Part shown: in pieces, positions 24,809 through 39,150 of the stretch
Numbering within the stretch: position 1 is the stretch's first letter
Layout of the letters: each line of letters opens with the position of its first letter
Origin: Chiloscyllium plagiosum
Taxonomy: Eukaryota
Reading direction: 5' to 3'
Assembly (NCBI RefSeq): GCF_004010195.1
Contig: NC_057759.1
Location: 2,107,237-2,171,236 of the forward strand
Length of the DNA: 64,000 nt
Notes under the pieces: model-generated
Databases searched by the model: none
Told to the model about the DNA's origin: nothing
The model's input: only the letters and a program-made list of their open reading frames with translations
Made by a program: the position numbers and the translations under genes

Positions 24809-26884
24809 TCAACGTTTTTGCCACTGGCCATGTAGGGGTTGGTTAGCTCAGTTGATTCTATAGTTGGCTTTCAATGTAAAGTCACGCTGACAGCATGCGG
24901 TTCAATTGCTGCTCTGGTTGAGATTACTGTGAATAATCATTCCCTGTGCCTTAGATGTGGTGACCCTCAGGTTAAACCATAAAACAGTTGTTGCTTTTTC
25001 TCTCTTTGTCTCCCCCACACCTCTTTCTCCCTCTCTCTAATGAGACAATGGTGAACTTACGTTAACCGCCTACTAAAAACATAACTTTGCTGATTAAAAA
25101 TTAACTGCCCTCTTTTTCACTGCAAAATAACTTATGTGTTTCCTTCCTGATGCAGGATTTCAGTAAACTGTAAATAAAAGACATTTTACCAACAATACAT
25201 ATCTAAATGAACTGGGAGAGTATGCACAGGGAGATTTATCACATATTGCCTTGGGGGCTGGAGAGTTTCAGTGATGGAGAGAGATTGGATAGACTGGGGT
25301 TATTGTCCTTACAGCACAGTAGATTGAAAGAGAGGAATGTATAAAATGATGAGGGGTGAAAACAGGGTAGGCAAGAAGAAACGTTCCCCCCTTGATGGAG
25401 GTGGGGCGACGGGCACAGATTGAAGGTAAGGGCCAGGAGGTTTTGAGGGGATGAGAAGAAAACCTTATTCAAAAAGAGGGTGGTGGGGAATCTGGAACTC
25501 ACTGCCTATAAGTGAGGGAGAGGCAGAAACCGTCATCACATTGAAGGAGGATTTAGATGTGCACTCGTGACACCAAGGTTATGGGGCCAAGTACTGGGGA
25601 AACGGGATTAGGGAATAGTGAGGTGGTTTTACTGACCGGCACAGATTTGATGGGCCAATGGGTCTTTTTCTGGACTGTAGACCTCTTGGAAACTATGACT
25701 AACTCATTTTGAGATGTGTATTCCACATCCAAGATACCATCTAACCGTAACATGATTTTGTACATTTCATGTTCAGAGATAAGGAGCCTGTTGTTGAAAA
25801 AGAGATTGAGCAGTTTAGGCCAATACTCTCTAGAGTTTAGAGGAATGAGGGGAGAGCCAACTGAGGGATATAGGACGCTAAAGGGGGTGGGATTGACAAA
25901 AGAGACAGACAGAGTATGTTTCCTCATGTGGGACAGTTTAGAATGAGAGGATCATTGTTTCAGGAGAATAGGGTGGGACAGATTGAAAACAGAGATGGTG
26001 AGGAATGGCTTCTCTCCAAGGGAGACGAAGTGGGAATCTTTGGAAATTCACCCCCCAGTGTTTGGGGGCCATATGGGGACACTGAATACATTGAAGGAGG
26101 GGACCGTCAGATTATTGATCGGTGAAGGGTGAAAGGGAGCGGGGGCAGGAAATTGGAGCTGAGACTGCAATGAGATCAGCAAAAGCTGTATAGAATCAGG
26201 GAAGCAGGGTCCCGAAGGCTCCTAGCCCGTATGTTGTGTTGGTCATCCAGCTGCCTGAACACTTTTTAGTGTGGGTGACTCATAGCACATGCTCAGAAAG
26301 CTCTGAATCTAAGGGACTAAACTGTATGATGCATCACAATCTCTTCGTCACTTAGTAACCAAGACCATATGATATAGCAACCATTCAGTCCATCAAGTCT
26401 GCTCCACCATTCCATCATTGCAGATTTGTTTCTTAATCCCATTCTCCTGCCTTCTCTCTACTGATCAAGAACCTCTGTCTTAAAGACATAATGACAACCG
26501 TCTGCAGCAATGTTTTCCACAGATTCTCCACTGTCTGGCTGAAGAAACTCCTCCTCATTAAATGGTGGAACTGGGTCAAAGGGCTGAATGACCTCCTCCT
26601 ACTCCTTTATACGAATATTCCACATTAATAAATCTTGGAACCCCTGCAGTTACAAAGTGGCACTTTCACACACCAGAGCAATTAGTGATTTCAAATAGAA
26701 ACTGCAAGTCCAAATGTTTTATTTTCACACATTCCAGATTCCCACCATCTTCTGGGGGAAACAATCCTCAAATCCCTCCTTAAACCTCTTGCCCTTCATT
26801 TTAAAATGATGCCCCCCTTGTTACTGATCTTTTGACTAAGGGAAACATCTGCTTCCTGCCCCCCTGTCCATGTCCCTCATAACA

Positions 26885-27570
26885 GAGTCAGAATCACACA
26901 GCAAGGAAACAGACCCTTCAGTCCAACTAGTCCATGCCGTCCATAATCTCAAACTAAACTAGTCCCACTTGTTTGCACTTGGCCCATATCTCTCCAAACC
27001 ATCCCTATTCTTGGACTTACTTAAATGTCTTTTAAACACTGTAACTGTCCTCATACCTTGCCACTTCCTCTGAAAGTTCAATCTACACATGAACCACAAA
27101 ATGTTGCCCATCATGTCATTTTCAAAAATGTTTCTCCTCTAACCTGAAAAATGTGTCACCTGGTCTTGAAGTTCCCCCACCCTCGGGAAAAGACACCTGC
27201 CATTCACCTCATCTATGACTATCATGATTTCATAAACTTCTATATCCCTCAAACTTCTACCCTCCAGTGAAAATAGTCCCAGTCCTTCTAACTCAGACGC
27301 TCCATTCCCAACAACATTCTGGTATATCTTTTCTGAATCCTCTCCAACTTAATAATGTCCTTCCTCCAACAGGGCAACCAGAACTGGACACAATCTACCA
27401 GGATAGGCTTCACGAGTGTCCTGTACGACCACAACAGGGTGTCCGAACTCTGATTCTCAATTGTGTGAACAATGGAGGCAAGTGATCTAAACACCTTCTC
27501 AAACACCCTGTTTACCTGTGACACAAAATGCAAAGAATTGTGTACCTGAAACCCTAGGGTTCTTTGCCCT
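26885..27570 (-). mobile_element. CR1 3' fragment
   Basis: VQFWLPCWRKDIIKLERIQKRYTRML. Confidence 0.85.
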
Positions 27571-28704
27571 ACACACTACCAGTCTTTCACACCTCTGTCA
27601 TGTCCGCCTCCCCCATCAACCTTCTCTGTTGTAAAGGAAGCAACCCAAACTTCCCTCCAATGCTTCCAGGAAGAGATTTGTTTTTGCGGATCTTAACAAT
27701 CAGAGAAATACCAGTATGAACGCTGACCAATACGTGACGGTGTAAGATCAACAGCTCACAGATTCATACTCACCGTTCAATCAAATTGACTCGATTTCTC
27801 ATCACGTGCCTTGGAATGAAATATTTCCAGACCATTACCCAACCAAGTTCCAATCCCGCTCACGACAACAATTTGCTGCTGTTCACGTATGAAAACCCCT
27901 GGAAACAAGGTCACTGAGCCATGGTCCCAAGGAATGACCTCTTGGAATCATCTAGAATGTGGCTCAGAACTTCTACATTCACAGAATCACAAAACGTTAC
28001 TGCACAGTAGGAGGCCATTTGTGTCTGTACCAGCTGCTGAAACAGCTACCCAGCCAGTCCCACTCTCCAGCCCTATCTCCGTAGCCCACTACCATCATCC
28101 CCTTCAAACTTAAATCCAGCTCTCTTTTTGAACTTCCCGTGGAATCATCCGCCACCACTCTCCCAAGCAGCACATTCCAAACCCAACAACCCAAATAAAT
28201 TTCTCCTCATCTCACTCTCTCACTGACAATCTTGAAATTCTGACCAGCCAATTACTAATTGACCAATGAGTGAGAAACAACAACTTTCTTTCCCCTGTCA
28301 GAATTATTGATAACTTTCAACATCTCAATAAGGTCAACACTTCATCTTCTCTGCTTGAAACAGAATAAGCTCAATCTCTTCAACCACTCCCTCTATCCAA
28401 AATCCCTCATCGTTGGTATCATTCTTGTAAATCTCCTCCACACTGTCTGTAGGGTTTGAACAGCCTTCATTAAGTAACGTGTCCAGAAAAGAACAAAACC
28501 AGCCTGCGTAACAGAAGGCCAACTCTTTTTGTCAAATGTTTTTCTAAATTCAACTTCTGTTGCCTGTGAAGGTAAGGTGTTGCACACATGCAAAGAAATA
28601 CCCAACAGATCAAAGGCTTATCTCCAATCTGATCTAATATTCTCCATTCAATATTTGTGCTGTCGCTGGAATTAATTCCTTTTCTGCTCTACTTTGTTTT
28701 GGGT

Positions 28705-28890
28705 GTTGGGTTAGCTCAGTTGGCTGGATGGCTGGTTTGGAATGTGGAGTAACATCAACAGCATGGGTTTGAATCTCTCACTGCCTGAGGTTACCATGAA
28801 AGACTGTCCTTCTCCACTCCTCCCCTTGTGAGAGACATGGTAACCCTCAGGTTAAACTACCACCTACCAGTTATCACTCTGTCTCTCTCT
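28705..28890 (+). mobile_element. tRNA-derived SINE (second family; copies at ~24836, ~46810, ~53010)
   Basis: A-box tagctcagttgg, degenerate B-box, shared core ggtaaccctcaggttaaac. Confidence 0.65.
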
Positions 28891-30659
28891 GATACTCCAG
28901 CTGGAGGTCCACCAGTGTCTTGTATAAGTTCAACATCACCTCCTGTTCTTTGACTCTTAAACCCCTATTAATAAAGCAGAGAATGCTTTGTGTCTTATTA
29001 ACTGCTCTCCCCCTGTTATGCCACCTTCTCTGATCTGTGAACGTATAACCCCAGCTCCGTCTGTTCCTGCACCCCCTTTAGAATTTTACCCCCCAACTTT
29101 GTATTGTCTTTCTATTTCTTTCAACCATAGTTTTTCACCAAATTTGTTTTGAATTACTGTTGTCTTTATTTGAATGTTCACTTATTAAAACCTATGTTGT
29201 GAAATAAAACTTCATTTTTTCCCTCTGAGTAGATTTGATTCATTTCCTTGCTACTAACGAACAAGAACATACAGGCTAGGATCAGGTTGAGTCCATTTGG
29301 CCCATCAGGAACCTGCTCCTCAATTCCATATGATCGCAGCTGATCCCATCTCAGCCTCAACTCCACTTTCCTGCAAACACTCCCTTTGACCCATCACTGA
29401 TTAACAATCTGTCTGTCTCCTCCTCCAATTGATGCAGTATCTTGGGTGGGGAATGGAGTGGGGTGTTCCCATTGATGTAAAATCCCCATCTCATTTGAGA
29501 GAATTCATTCCTCCTCATCTGTTTCCAATTTGCCCAGCTCCTTATCCTAAAATGATAACCTCTCGTTCTAGATTCTCACACATGAGCAAACATCCTCTCT
29601 CCATCTCCTTTGTCAATATTCCCTTAAGCATCTTATAACCGTCAGTTAGATCTCCTCTCTTCCAAAATCCAGAGAAACTGCTCAATCTCTCATCTAAGAC
29701 AAACCCTTCATCTCTGGAAATGATCGAGTGAACTTCTTCTGACCTGCCTCTGTCCTCAAGTAAAGAGATCAAAATCGTACCAGTCTGTTCTCATAAGACG
29801 AACCTTTCATCTTGGCAATCAATTCAGTGAATCTCCTCTGAAGTCCCCCCAATTCAACTACATCCCTCCTCAAGTAAGGAGATCAAAACTATCTGCAGTA
29901 GTCCGGATGTGGAAACCCACACTGTCCAGTTGCAGTAACACTTCACTATTTTCATATTCCATTCTTTTCGCAACAAATGCTCTCCTTTATGACCTGCTCT
30001 AGCTGTACACTACTTTCTGAGATTCATGCACAAGGACATCCTCATCCCTTTGCACCAAAACAATTTAAACTTTCTCTCCCAATCATATGACATCTTGCCT
30101 TTTTCAATTCTTCCGACTACAATGGATACCCTCACCACTGATGGGACTGAACAACGTTCAGTTCAGTGTCTAATGGAAATTGAGATTGTATCCTCGATTT
30201 GAACTGTTGTGCTTTGGATTTGCAAATGAGTCAGACACAATAGGTCCATTTGCTCCAATTTGTCTAACAAATGTAAAATTGCTGGGTTTGCACCACAGAG
30301 TGATTTTTAGACTATTTGGACAGTGTTTGAATACTGTTTGAAGTTGCTAACCACCTCAATAACTTACCTGTGCCACCGGGAACTGCTGGAAGAATCAGCT
30401 GGAGAAAATGAGAGAAAGAAAATGGGAAAGTTTTATTGTAAATATTCAGCTTCACCTGCTTGCAAATGAATCTGGATGTTTTGACTGATGCGCAAGCAAC
30501 AATTATTCCAATTTTAATCTTTAGTTTATATCTGGGCTAACCATTCCTCTGAACACACAACATTACATTGTATGGCTCACGAAGTAATTTCATCTGCCAC
30601 TTGTTCAGTCTGCCCACATCCTCACAAAAAACATTCCCACAGTGTTTTATTGTTTGTTT

Positions 30660-31110
30660 TTAAATTAATTTTGGATTGTGGGAATCACTGGCCGGGCCGA
30701 GAATTTATTATCCATCCCTCGTTGGCCCCTTGAGAAGGAGGTAGTGAGCTGCCTTCTTGAACCACTGCAGTCCCTGTGCTGTAGGTAGACTCACAATAAC
30801 ATTAGAGAGGGAATTCCAGGATGTTGACCCAGCAACACTAAATGAACAGCTAATATATTTCAAGTTGAGATGGTGAGTGGCTGAGGGGGAAACTTGCAGG
30901 AAGTGGTATTCTCATGTAACTGCTGTCCTTGCCCTTCGAGGTGGAAGTGGTTGTGGGTTTGGAAGGTGCTGTCTGAGAACCTTTGGTGAATGTCTGCCGT
31001 GAATCTCAGGTGGTACACACTGCTGCTACTGAGCACAGGTGATGGAGAGAGTGGATGGTGTGGATGTGGCGCCAATCAAGCAGGGGCTGTGTTGTCCCTG
31101 GATGGTGTTC
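30660..31110 (-). mobile_element. LINE (CR1/L2 clade) 3' end; same family at 49810-50340
   Basis: Shared ccttgagaagg..gagctgccttcttgaacc.ctgcagtcc and gggaattccaggat.ttgaccca blocks. Confidence 0.7.
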
Positions 31111-31859
31111 GGCTTCTCAAGTGTTGCCTACAAGGTGCATTGCAGAAGTGAGTGAGTGTGTGCGTATGTGTGTGCATGTAAAAGTATGTGCGAGTGTCAA
31201 TGAGAATGTGTATCTCTCTCGCTCTCACACACACATGCACACCTTCATACTGTCACCCAAACTCCCACTTATACTCTCTCATACATACACCCTCATAGGC
31301 TCTATGTGAGCAACATTACTTTGAAACCCAAGTGGAGCAGGATCGCCAGGGTTACCTGTCGGAGTGTCTCACCCACCTTGTTTCCTGTTCTGGAGTTTAA
31401 TTGGAAGCAATGTGACGAGAGAAAGGATCAGAAACATTGGGACAATGAGTACTCCCATCTCAGTGCTGTGTTCCTGTGCTGGATTCAGAGAGGGATTTCT
31501 TGTCAATAACATAATTCCTTCAGCAAACATCAACCCCAGTGTTTTCTGTTCCCTGTTGCCCTGCCCCCCTGCCAACACCCGTCCATTTGGAGGGAAACCC
31601 TTGTGTCTGTGAATGTCGTTCCAAACTCTCACCATCGCAATGACATCACTGTTTCTGTGCAGCCTGTCTCAATAATAACATCCTACCAATCCAAGCCAGA
31701 ACATTCGAAGCTAAACTCAAAAGATCACTCTGCATCCACTCTCTCTAAATTGTTGACTGGAAATTACTGTCCCTCACTTTCACTGCCAAGATATATCGAG
31801 GCAAAACTTCCCTGTGTCGTGCACCTGTCAGCGGCAACCGAGCCATTCACAGAGAAACA

Positions 31860-32450
31860 TTGAAAATATCATCGGGAGGAGGCCATTCGGCCCCTCCAGC
31901 CTGCTCTGCCCATTCAATGGGATCATGGCTGATCGCCCAACTTCGTCCTGTGCCTCCCCGCGCTCTCCCTTTTGCCCTCGATCCAACTCCTTCCTGAACA
32001 ACATTCTTGCCCTGACTGCTTTCTGTGACAGAGAATTCCACAGGCTCCCCACTCTCTGGGTAAAGACATTTCTCCCCATCTCAGTCTTGTCACGTCTCCT
32101 TTAGACAGTGACCCCCTGGTTCTGGACCCTCCGCCTGGCACCAGGAACACCCTCCCTGTGTTTACTCTGTCTTGTCCTTGTTCAAATTTAATAGATTTCT
32201 ATGAGATTTCCCCTTAATTCTTCTCAACTCCAGTGAATATCGTCCGAACCGATCCAGTCTCTCTCCACCCGTCAATCCTGCTATCCCAGGAATCGCTCTG
32301 GGAAACCTTTGCTGCACTCCCTACATAGGCACAATGTCCTTCCTCAGATAAGGAAACGCCAAACTGCACACAGGTCTCCAGGGTGTGGTCTCACCCTGTC
32401 CAATTGTAGCAAGCCATCCCTGCTCCAGGACTTGAAACGTCTCTCTGTGA
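31860..32450 (-). mobile_element. CR1 3' fragment
   Basis: RNVFTQRVGSLWNSL; LQL..VRPH...AVW. Confidence 0.85.
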
Positions 32451-33329
32451 AGGTCTCCCTTATCTGAACAAGGATATTACACACTCTCTCTCTCTCTCTC
32501 TCCCTCCCCACACAGCTGCTGCCCAACCTGCTGAGTTTTTTCAGCACTTTCTGTGTTTATAACCTGCAACATTAACTCTGTCTCTGTCTCTCTCCACAGA
32601 TGCTGCCAGACCTGCTGAGTGTCTGAGGCAAATTTTAGAGAGTTCATGTCAAGTCTTCAGCTGCACCCCAGTGAAGAACCAGCATGGATCATGGATGAAG
32701 AATGGATTACCTAGCACCGTGAGGCAGATGGAATTACTGGTTACATTAGATATTATTCCACTGGGACCCCTGTTGATCACGAGACACTGGTACCAGCCTT
32801 TGTACTGAGACTGGAAGGATTAAATGTCCTGTCTGAGCTAGAGTTGTAATTCCCACTGGCATTGTTTAAGGCTTTCTGTTGAAAGTCCCATTAAAAGTAG
32901 GGTCCAGTACCTCGGCTCAGTACACACTCTGGAACAAGACAACTTCCAATCAGAAACTCCATTTTATTGGCTCTGCGGGTGAGGAAAACCCCAGCAACAG
33001 GAACTGAATCAAAACAAGACAAAGAGGAAATGAAAGATCGGACGGTGAAATTTTCTCTCTTGTCACAATGTTACTTTCGATGACTGGATAATAATTGATG
33101 GAAAGGAGAAATAAAACAAGCGAAATTTCACATCATCACAAAGTCTTCCTATGTTGTAAAATCTACATTTCGAAAGATTTGTGTTAATTATGGATGGCCA
33201 AATGGTACATCATCCAACCATGGCCTCTTGATGTTCAATGGTGTTACCACCTCCACTCCACTATCAACATCCTGAAGGTTACCGTCACTGTCCCCACCCT
33301 CTTCCCACGATCAACATCCTGAGGGTTAC

Positions 33330-33867
33330 TGTTGGGAAAGTTGACATGGTTTGCCTGGAAGCCATTTTCCTAATCTGGCTGAGAAACCATTTTGTGTCCT
33401 CAGAACTTTGCTGGCTGTGCATTCCTTACTCTTAGGAAGATAAGGCCTACCTTTCAACGTTACCTAAGGTGTCAAGTTAGTGTTTTTACCACTTTGATGA
33501 ATGATCAGGGCAGGCTGTAGAACGAGTCAAGTGGACAAGTCAATTAGTCCCACTTCCTTTACGTGTTATTGCCACTTCACGGTCGTTCATCTAATTAGGG
33601 ACATCTCTGCTTAGTGTTAGTAATCTGAGTAAATACTTGTGGAATGCATAATGGTGCTTAGTTTTGACCCTAATGACTAACCTCCAATTTAGTACCAAAC
33701 TGTGTAATCAACAATCAGCCTCTATCTGCTTTCTCTATATAATCCTGTAGTATCCGGTGCTATCTGAATAGCACCAAGCCACAGTTAGGATGGTGAATTC
33801 CCCATGATATATCCTGTAATAAACTAATCAGTTCTCAAGGTCTGAGTCTCGAGAGTTTTCTTCAACT
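33330..33867 (+). mobile_element. Solo LTR
   Basis: TGTTG...TCAAC(t) termini, 5-bp TSD gttac (33325-33329, 33868-33872), TATA-like ~33736, AATAAA ~33818. Confidence 0.75.
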
Positions 33868-34263
33868 GTTACCATCACTGTCCACATCCCCACTATCAAC
33901 ATCCTGGGGGTTACCGTCACTGTCCCCATCCCTACTATCAACATCCTGGGGGTTACTGACACTGTCCCCATCCCCACCATCAACATCCTGGGGGTTACTG
34001 ACACTGTCACCATCCCCACCATCAACATCCTAAGGGTTACTGTCACTGTCCCCATCCCTAATATCAACATCCTGGGGGTTACTGACACTGTCCCGATCCC
34101 CACCATCAACATCCTGGGGGTTACTGTCACTATCCCTATCCCCACTATCAACATCCTGGGGGTTACCGTCACTGTCCCCACCCCTACCCTACTGTCAACA
34201 TCCTGGGGGTTACCATCAGTGTCCCCAACCCCACCGTACTATGAACATCTTTGGTGTTACCAT
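33868..34263. repeat. 42-bp minisatellite, ~9 units (plus 2 units at ~33260-33329)
   Basis: Unit gttaccgtcactgtccccatccccactatcaacatcctgggg. Confidence 0.95.
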
Positions 34264-34434
34264 CAGCCTCCCCCAGCTTGTATTGTCTAACTTTCCACCT
34301 TTCTCTGGTGGATCGCTTAACAAGGAATTGTAGGTCAGAGGTCTACAGAACAGAAACAGGATCTTCAGCCGACTGAATCCATGCCAATTAAAAGCAACCA
34401 ACTTTATTCTCGAATATAATTTTCCCAGTAATAG

Positions 34435-34760
34435 GGTCATACAGTACGGAAATAGACCCATCGGCCCAACGCGTCCATGCTGACCAGGTCTCACAAAAGA
34501 AACTAGCCCCATTTGTTTGCATTTAGCCCACATTCGTCCAAACCTTTCCGATCCATGTAACTTTCCAAATGTCTTTTAGATGTTGGTATTGTACCCACTC
34601 TCACCACTTCCTCTGGCAGCTCATTGCAAATATACATCTCCATCTGTGTGAAAAAGTTACCCCTCAGGTCGCTTTTAAATCTTTCCCCTCTCACCTTAAA
34701 TCAATGCCCTCTAGTTTTGGACTCCCCCACCCTGCAGAAAAGACCTTGGCTATTCACCTT
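34435..34760 (-). mobile_element. CR1 3' tail
   Basis: RGERFKSDLRGNFFTQ. Confidence 0.85.
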
Positions 34761-35496
34761 ACTCAAGCCCTTATTTCTGCAGGAAAATACAAGGACTACT
34801 TAATTTGACTCTAGCCTGGCATCACACGTGCACATCTAAATCTTTCTTCAATGTGATGAGGATTTCTGCCTCTCTCACTCTTTCAGGCAGTGAGTTCCAG
34901 ATTCTCCACTACCCTCTGGGTGAAAATGTTTTCCCTCACATCTCCCTCAAAACTCCTGTTTCTTACCTTCAATCTATGCCCCTCCTCCAGTCATTGATCA
35001 ATCCATCAAGGGGGGAAAAGTTTCTTCCTGTCTACCTCCCCCCCCGCATTATTTTATACATCTCAGTCATGTCACCACACTCAATCACCTCTGCTCTCAG
35101 GAAAACAACCACAGTCTGTCCAATCTCTCCATCACTGAAACTCTCCAGCCCCCAAAGCAACATCCTGATAAATCTGCCTCTGCACACTCCCCCAGTGCTC
35201 ATTGCTCAGATAATGTGGATTTGTACAGAGTCACTTACAAACTTACTGATCACTGAAACAGTGAGGAATTTGCTGTCCAGGAGAGACTCTGCATGCTGGT
35301 TAGAAACAACAGTGATAATTGTCCTCTTGGTGTCTGCTGATGTTGATGATTGTGTGTACGGTTCTGCTGTGGTTGGATATTCCCAGTAAACCTCCTCACC
35401 ATCCTTGTAGAAAATATGTTGAATTGGGGTCAAGCCAAGCGGTTTAAAAGGGTGCTGTCTCCCTCCACTACCGTGTTTCCAGGAGGGCACTCAGCT

Positions 35497-38400
35497 CTAG
35501 AACCCTACGCACCCCTCAACTCACTGCTATCCATGTGTATGTCTAGCAGTCGCTTAAATGTTCCTAATGATTCTGCTTCCACTACCACAGCTGGCAACAC
35601 ATTCCATGCATTCAAAACTCTCTGCGTAAAGAACCTACCTCTGACGTCTCCTTTATACCTTCCTCCTAATATCTTCAAACTATGACTTCTCGTACCAGTC
35701 AATCCTGCCCTGAATATATGTCTCTGGCTATTGACTCTATCTATTCCACTCATTATTTTGTGCACCTCGACCAGGTCTCCTCTTTTCCTCCTTCTCTCCA
35801 GAGAGAAAAGTCCGAGCTTATTCAACCTTTCTTCACAAGACAAGCCCTCCAGTCAGCATCCTGGCAAATCTTCTTTGCGCCTTCTCCAAAGCCTCTGTAT
35901 CTTTCCTATAATAGGGTGACCAGAAGTGGACACAATATTCCAAGTATGGTCTCACTAAGGACTTGTAGAGCTGCAGCAAAACCTCGCGACTCTTAAACTC
36001 GATCCCCCTGTTAACGAAAGCCAAAACACCATATGCTTTCTTAACAACCCTATCCACTTGGGTGGCAACTTTGTGAGATCAATGTACTTACACACCCAGA
36101 TCCCTCTGTTTTTCCACACTGCCAAGAATCCTGTCTTTAATCCTATATTCAGCATTCGAGTTCGACCTTCCAAAATGCATCACTTCGCATTTATCCAGGT
36201 TGAACTCCTTCTGCCATTTCTCAGCACAGCTCTGCATCCTGTCTATGTCACGCTGCAGCCTGCATTAGCCCTCTATACTATCAACAACACCTCCAACCTT
36301 TGTGTCATCTGCAAATTTACTAACCCACTCCTCAACCTCCTCATCCAAGTCATTTATAAAAACTACAAAGAGCAGAGGCCCAAGAACAGAGCCCTGCGGG
36401 ACCCCACTCAACACTGACATCCAGGCAGAATACTTTCCAACTACAATCACTCTCTGCCTTCTGTCAGCTAGCCAATTCTGAATCCAGATAGTCAAATCTC
36501 CCTGCATCCCATACTTCCTGACTTTATGAATGAGCGTACCACAGGGAACCTTATCAAATGCCTTGCTGAAGTCCATATGCACCACATCCACTGCTCAACC
36601 ATCATCGGCCTGTCTTGACACCTCCTCAAAGAACTCAATAAGATTTGTAAGACATGACCTGCCCCTCACAAAGCCATACTGACTGCCTTTAATCACACTA
36701 CGCTTTGCCAAATAGTCATAAATGCTATCCCTCAGAATTCTTTCCAAAACTTTGCTGACCACAGACGTAAGACTGACTGGTCTGTAATTGCCAGTAATTT
36801 CTCTATTACCCTTCTTGAAAAGAGGAACAACATTCGCCTCTTTCCAATCCTCCGGTACAACTCCTGTGAAGAAGGAGGAGGCAAATATCCTCGCCAGCAG
36901 CTTAGCAACCTCCTTTCTCGCTTCCCAGAGCAGCCTACGATCAATCTGGTCTGGCCCTGAGGACTTAACAATCTTAATGTTTTCCAAAATTCCAGCACAT
37001 CAACTTCATCAATCTTGATCTGGTCAAGACTGTATCCCAGCTCCTCTAAGCTTTCATTTACAACAAGTTCCCTTTCTTTGGTGAAAACCAAGGCAAGACA
37101 CTGATTTAGAGCTTCCCCTATCTGCTCAGGTTCCACGCACAAGTTCCTTACGCTATCCCTGATCAGACCTACCTTCTCCCTGATCATTCTCTTATTCCTC
37201 AAGTATGAGTAAAATGCCTTTGGATTATCCATAATCCTTCTTGCCAAGCCTTTTTGTACCCCCTCCTGGCTCTCCTCAGTCCTTTCTGAGTTCCTTTCTA
37301 GCAAGCCTGTAATCCTCTAAAGCTGTGCTAAATTCTTGCTTCCTCCACCTAACATAAGCTGCCTTCTCCCTTTTGACAAGAAGTTCCTCTGTTCTCGTCA
37401 TCCAAGGTTCCTTAATCTTACCCCTTCTTACCTGTCTCAGAGAAACAAACTTGTGCATACTCACAACAACTGCTCCTTAAATAGTTTCCACATGTCTGCT
37501 GTGCCCTTTCTGTGGAACAATTGCTCCCAGTCTGTACTTCCCAACTCCTGTCTGATAGTGTCATAATTTCCTTTTCCCCAATTAAATATCTTCCCTCGGT
37601 AACTGCTCCTTTTCCACTCCAAGGCTTTGCCAAATGTGAGGCAGTTGTGATCACTTTCAGCAAAGTGCTTTCCCACCCTGAGAGGTGACACCTGCCCTGG
37701 CTCATTGCCAAATCCAAAATGGCCTCTCCCCTTGTCATGCTGTCGACATACTGAGTAAGGAAACCCTCCTGAATACAGCTGACAAAAATGGCTCCATCCA
37801 AACCATCTGCACTTAGGAGGTTCCAGTCGATATTGGGAAAGTTGAAATCACCCACAATAACAACCCTGCTACCTCTGCATTTTTCCAGAATCTGCCCGCC
37901 TATGAGTTCTTCAATCTCTCTACTGCTATTAGGTGGCCTGTAGAAAACCCCCAATGCGGTGGCTGTTCCCCTGCTGCTCCAAACTTGCACCGGTACTGAC
38001 TCAGTCGACCAACCTTCCTCAACAACCTTCACTTCTGTAGCTGTGATGCACTCTCTGATTAGCAATGCTACACCCTTCCTCTTTATTCACCTTCCCTTTT
38101 TTTAAACGTTCTAAACCCTGGATCATCAAGCAACCATTCCTGCCCCTGTGGAACCCACGTCTCCATTATGACCACAATATCATAGCCCCAAGTACTGATC
38201 CATGCTCTAAGTTCGTCACTTTTATTTCAGACACTCCTTGCATTAAAGCACTTTAACTGATCCCTTTGTTTTAAGTGTGAGAAACCTTCCGGATAAATTC
38301 AATACATCCTGTCACTGCCCCGTCTGCAACTGACCCCCTCTCAGACATGTGGCTCTGATTCCCACTCCCCTGCCAAACTAGTTTGAAACCTCCTGAATCA

Positions 38401-39150
38401 CACAAGCAAATCTCCCATCCAGGACATGTGTGCCCCTCCAGTTCAGGTGCAACCCATCCTTCATGTACAGGTCCTACCTTCCCCAGAAGGTATCCCAATG
38501 GTCTAGGTATCTGAAGCCCTCCCTCCTGCACCAGCCTCGCAGACATGTGCTAAGCTGCATTCGCTGACTGTTCCTCATCTCTCTATCTCGTGGCATCGGT
38601 AGCAAACCTGAGCTCACTTCTTCAGCTTCCAATCTAACTTTTCGGATCCTCAATCCCATTTCTGGCTATATCATTGGTGCCAATATGTACCACGATTTCT
38701 GGCTGCTCACCCTCCTTCAGAAACCCAATCGGCGACATCCTGGACCCTGGCACCGGGGAGGCAACATACCTCCCGGGAGTCCTGTTCCTGACCACAAAAT
38801 CTCCTGTCAATCCGTCTAACTATTGAGTCCCGTACCACTAGCACTTTTCTTTTTTCCCCCCTTCCCTTCTGAGCCACAGTGCCAGAGACCTGACAAGTAT
38901 GGTTTTCTCCTGGTAGGCTATCCCCACCAGCAGTAACCAAAACGGTATACTTATTGCTGAGGGGAACAGCCACAGGGGACCCATGCTCTGACCATCGGTT
39001 CTCTTTCCTCCCACTGACAGTAACTCAGCTGTCCTTATACTGTGTCTGGGGAGTGACCACCTCCCTGTACATCCTCTCAACTTCCCCCTCCATAGTTCAT
39101 CCAGCTCCATCTCTCTAACGCGGTTTTCGAGGAGCTGGAGTTAGGTGCAC
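35497..39150 (-). mobile_element. Near full-length CR1 LINE (ORF1 esterase + ORF2 APE endonuclease/RT), frameshifted
   Basis: RDSIVR, CCLPGARV (ORF1); YRPPN, GDFNFP, SDH (APE); YRPVSLTS, DFSKAFDKV, GVPQGSVLGP, FADD (RT). Confidence 0.95.

Larger units (their letters stand above)
24720..30120 (+). repeat. Segmental duplication, copy 1 (paralog 46690-54365)
   Basis: Colinear similarity across several repeat and non-repeat junctions. Confidence 0.9.

Noticed and set aside
33828-34181. 117-aa repetitive ORF, or a CRISPR-like array
   Set aside because: It is a pure 42-bp tandem repeat with no unique spacers, in a vertebrate context; the frame stays open only because the unit length is a multiple of 3
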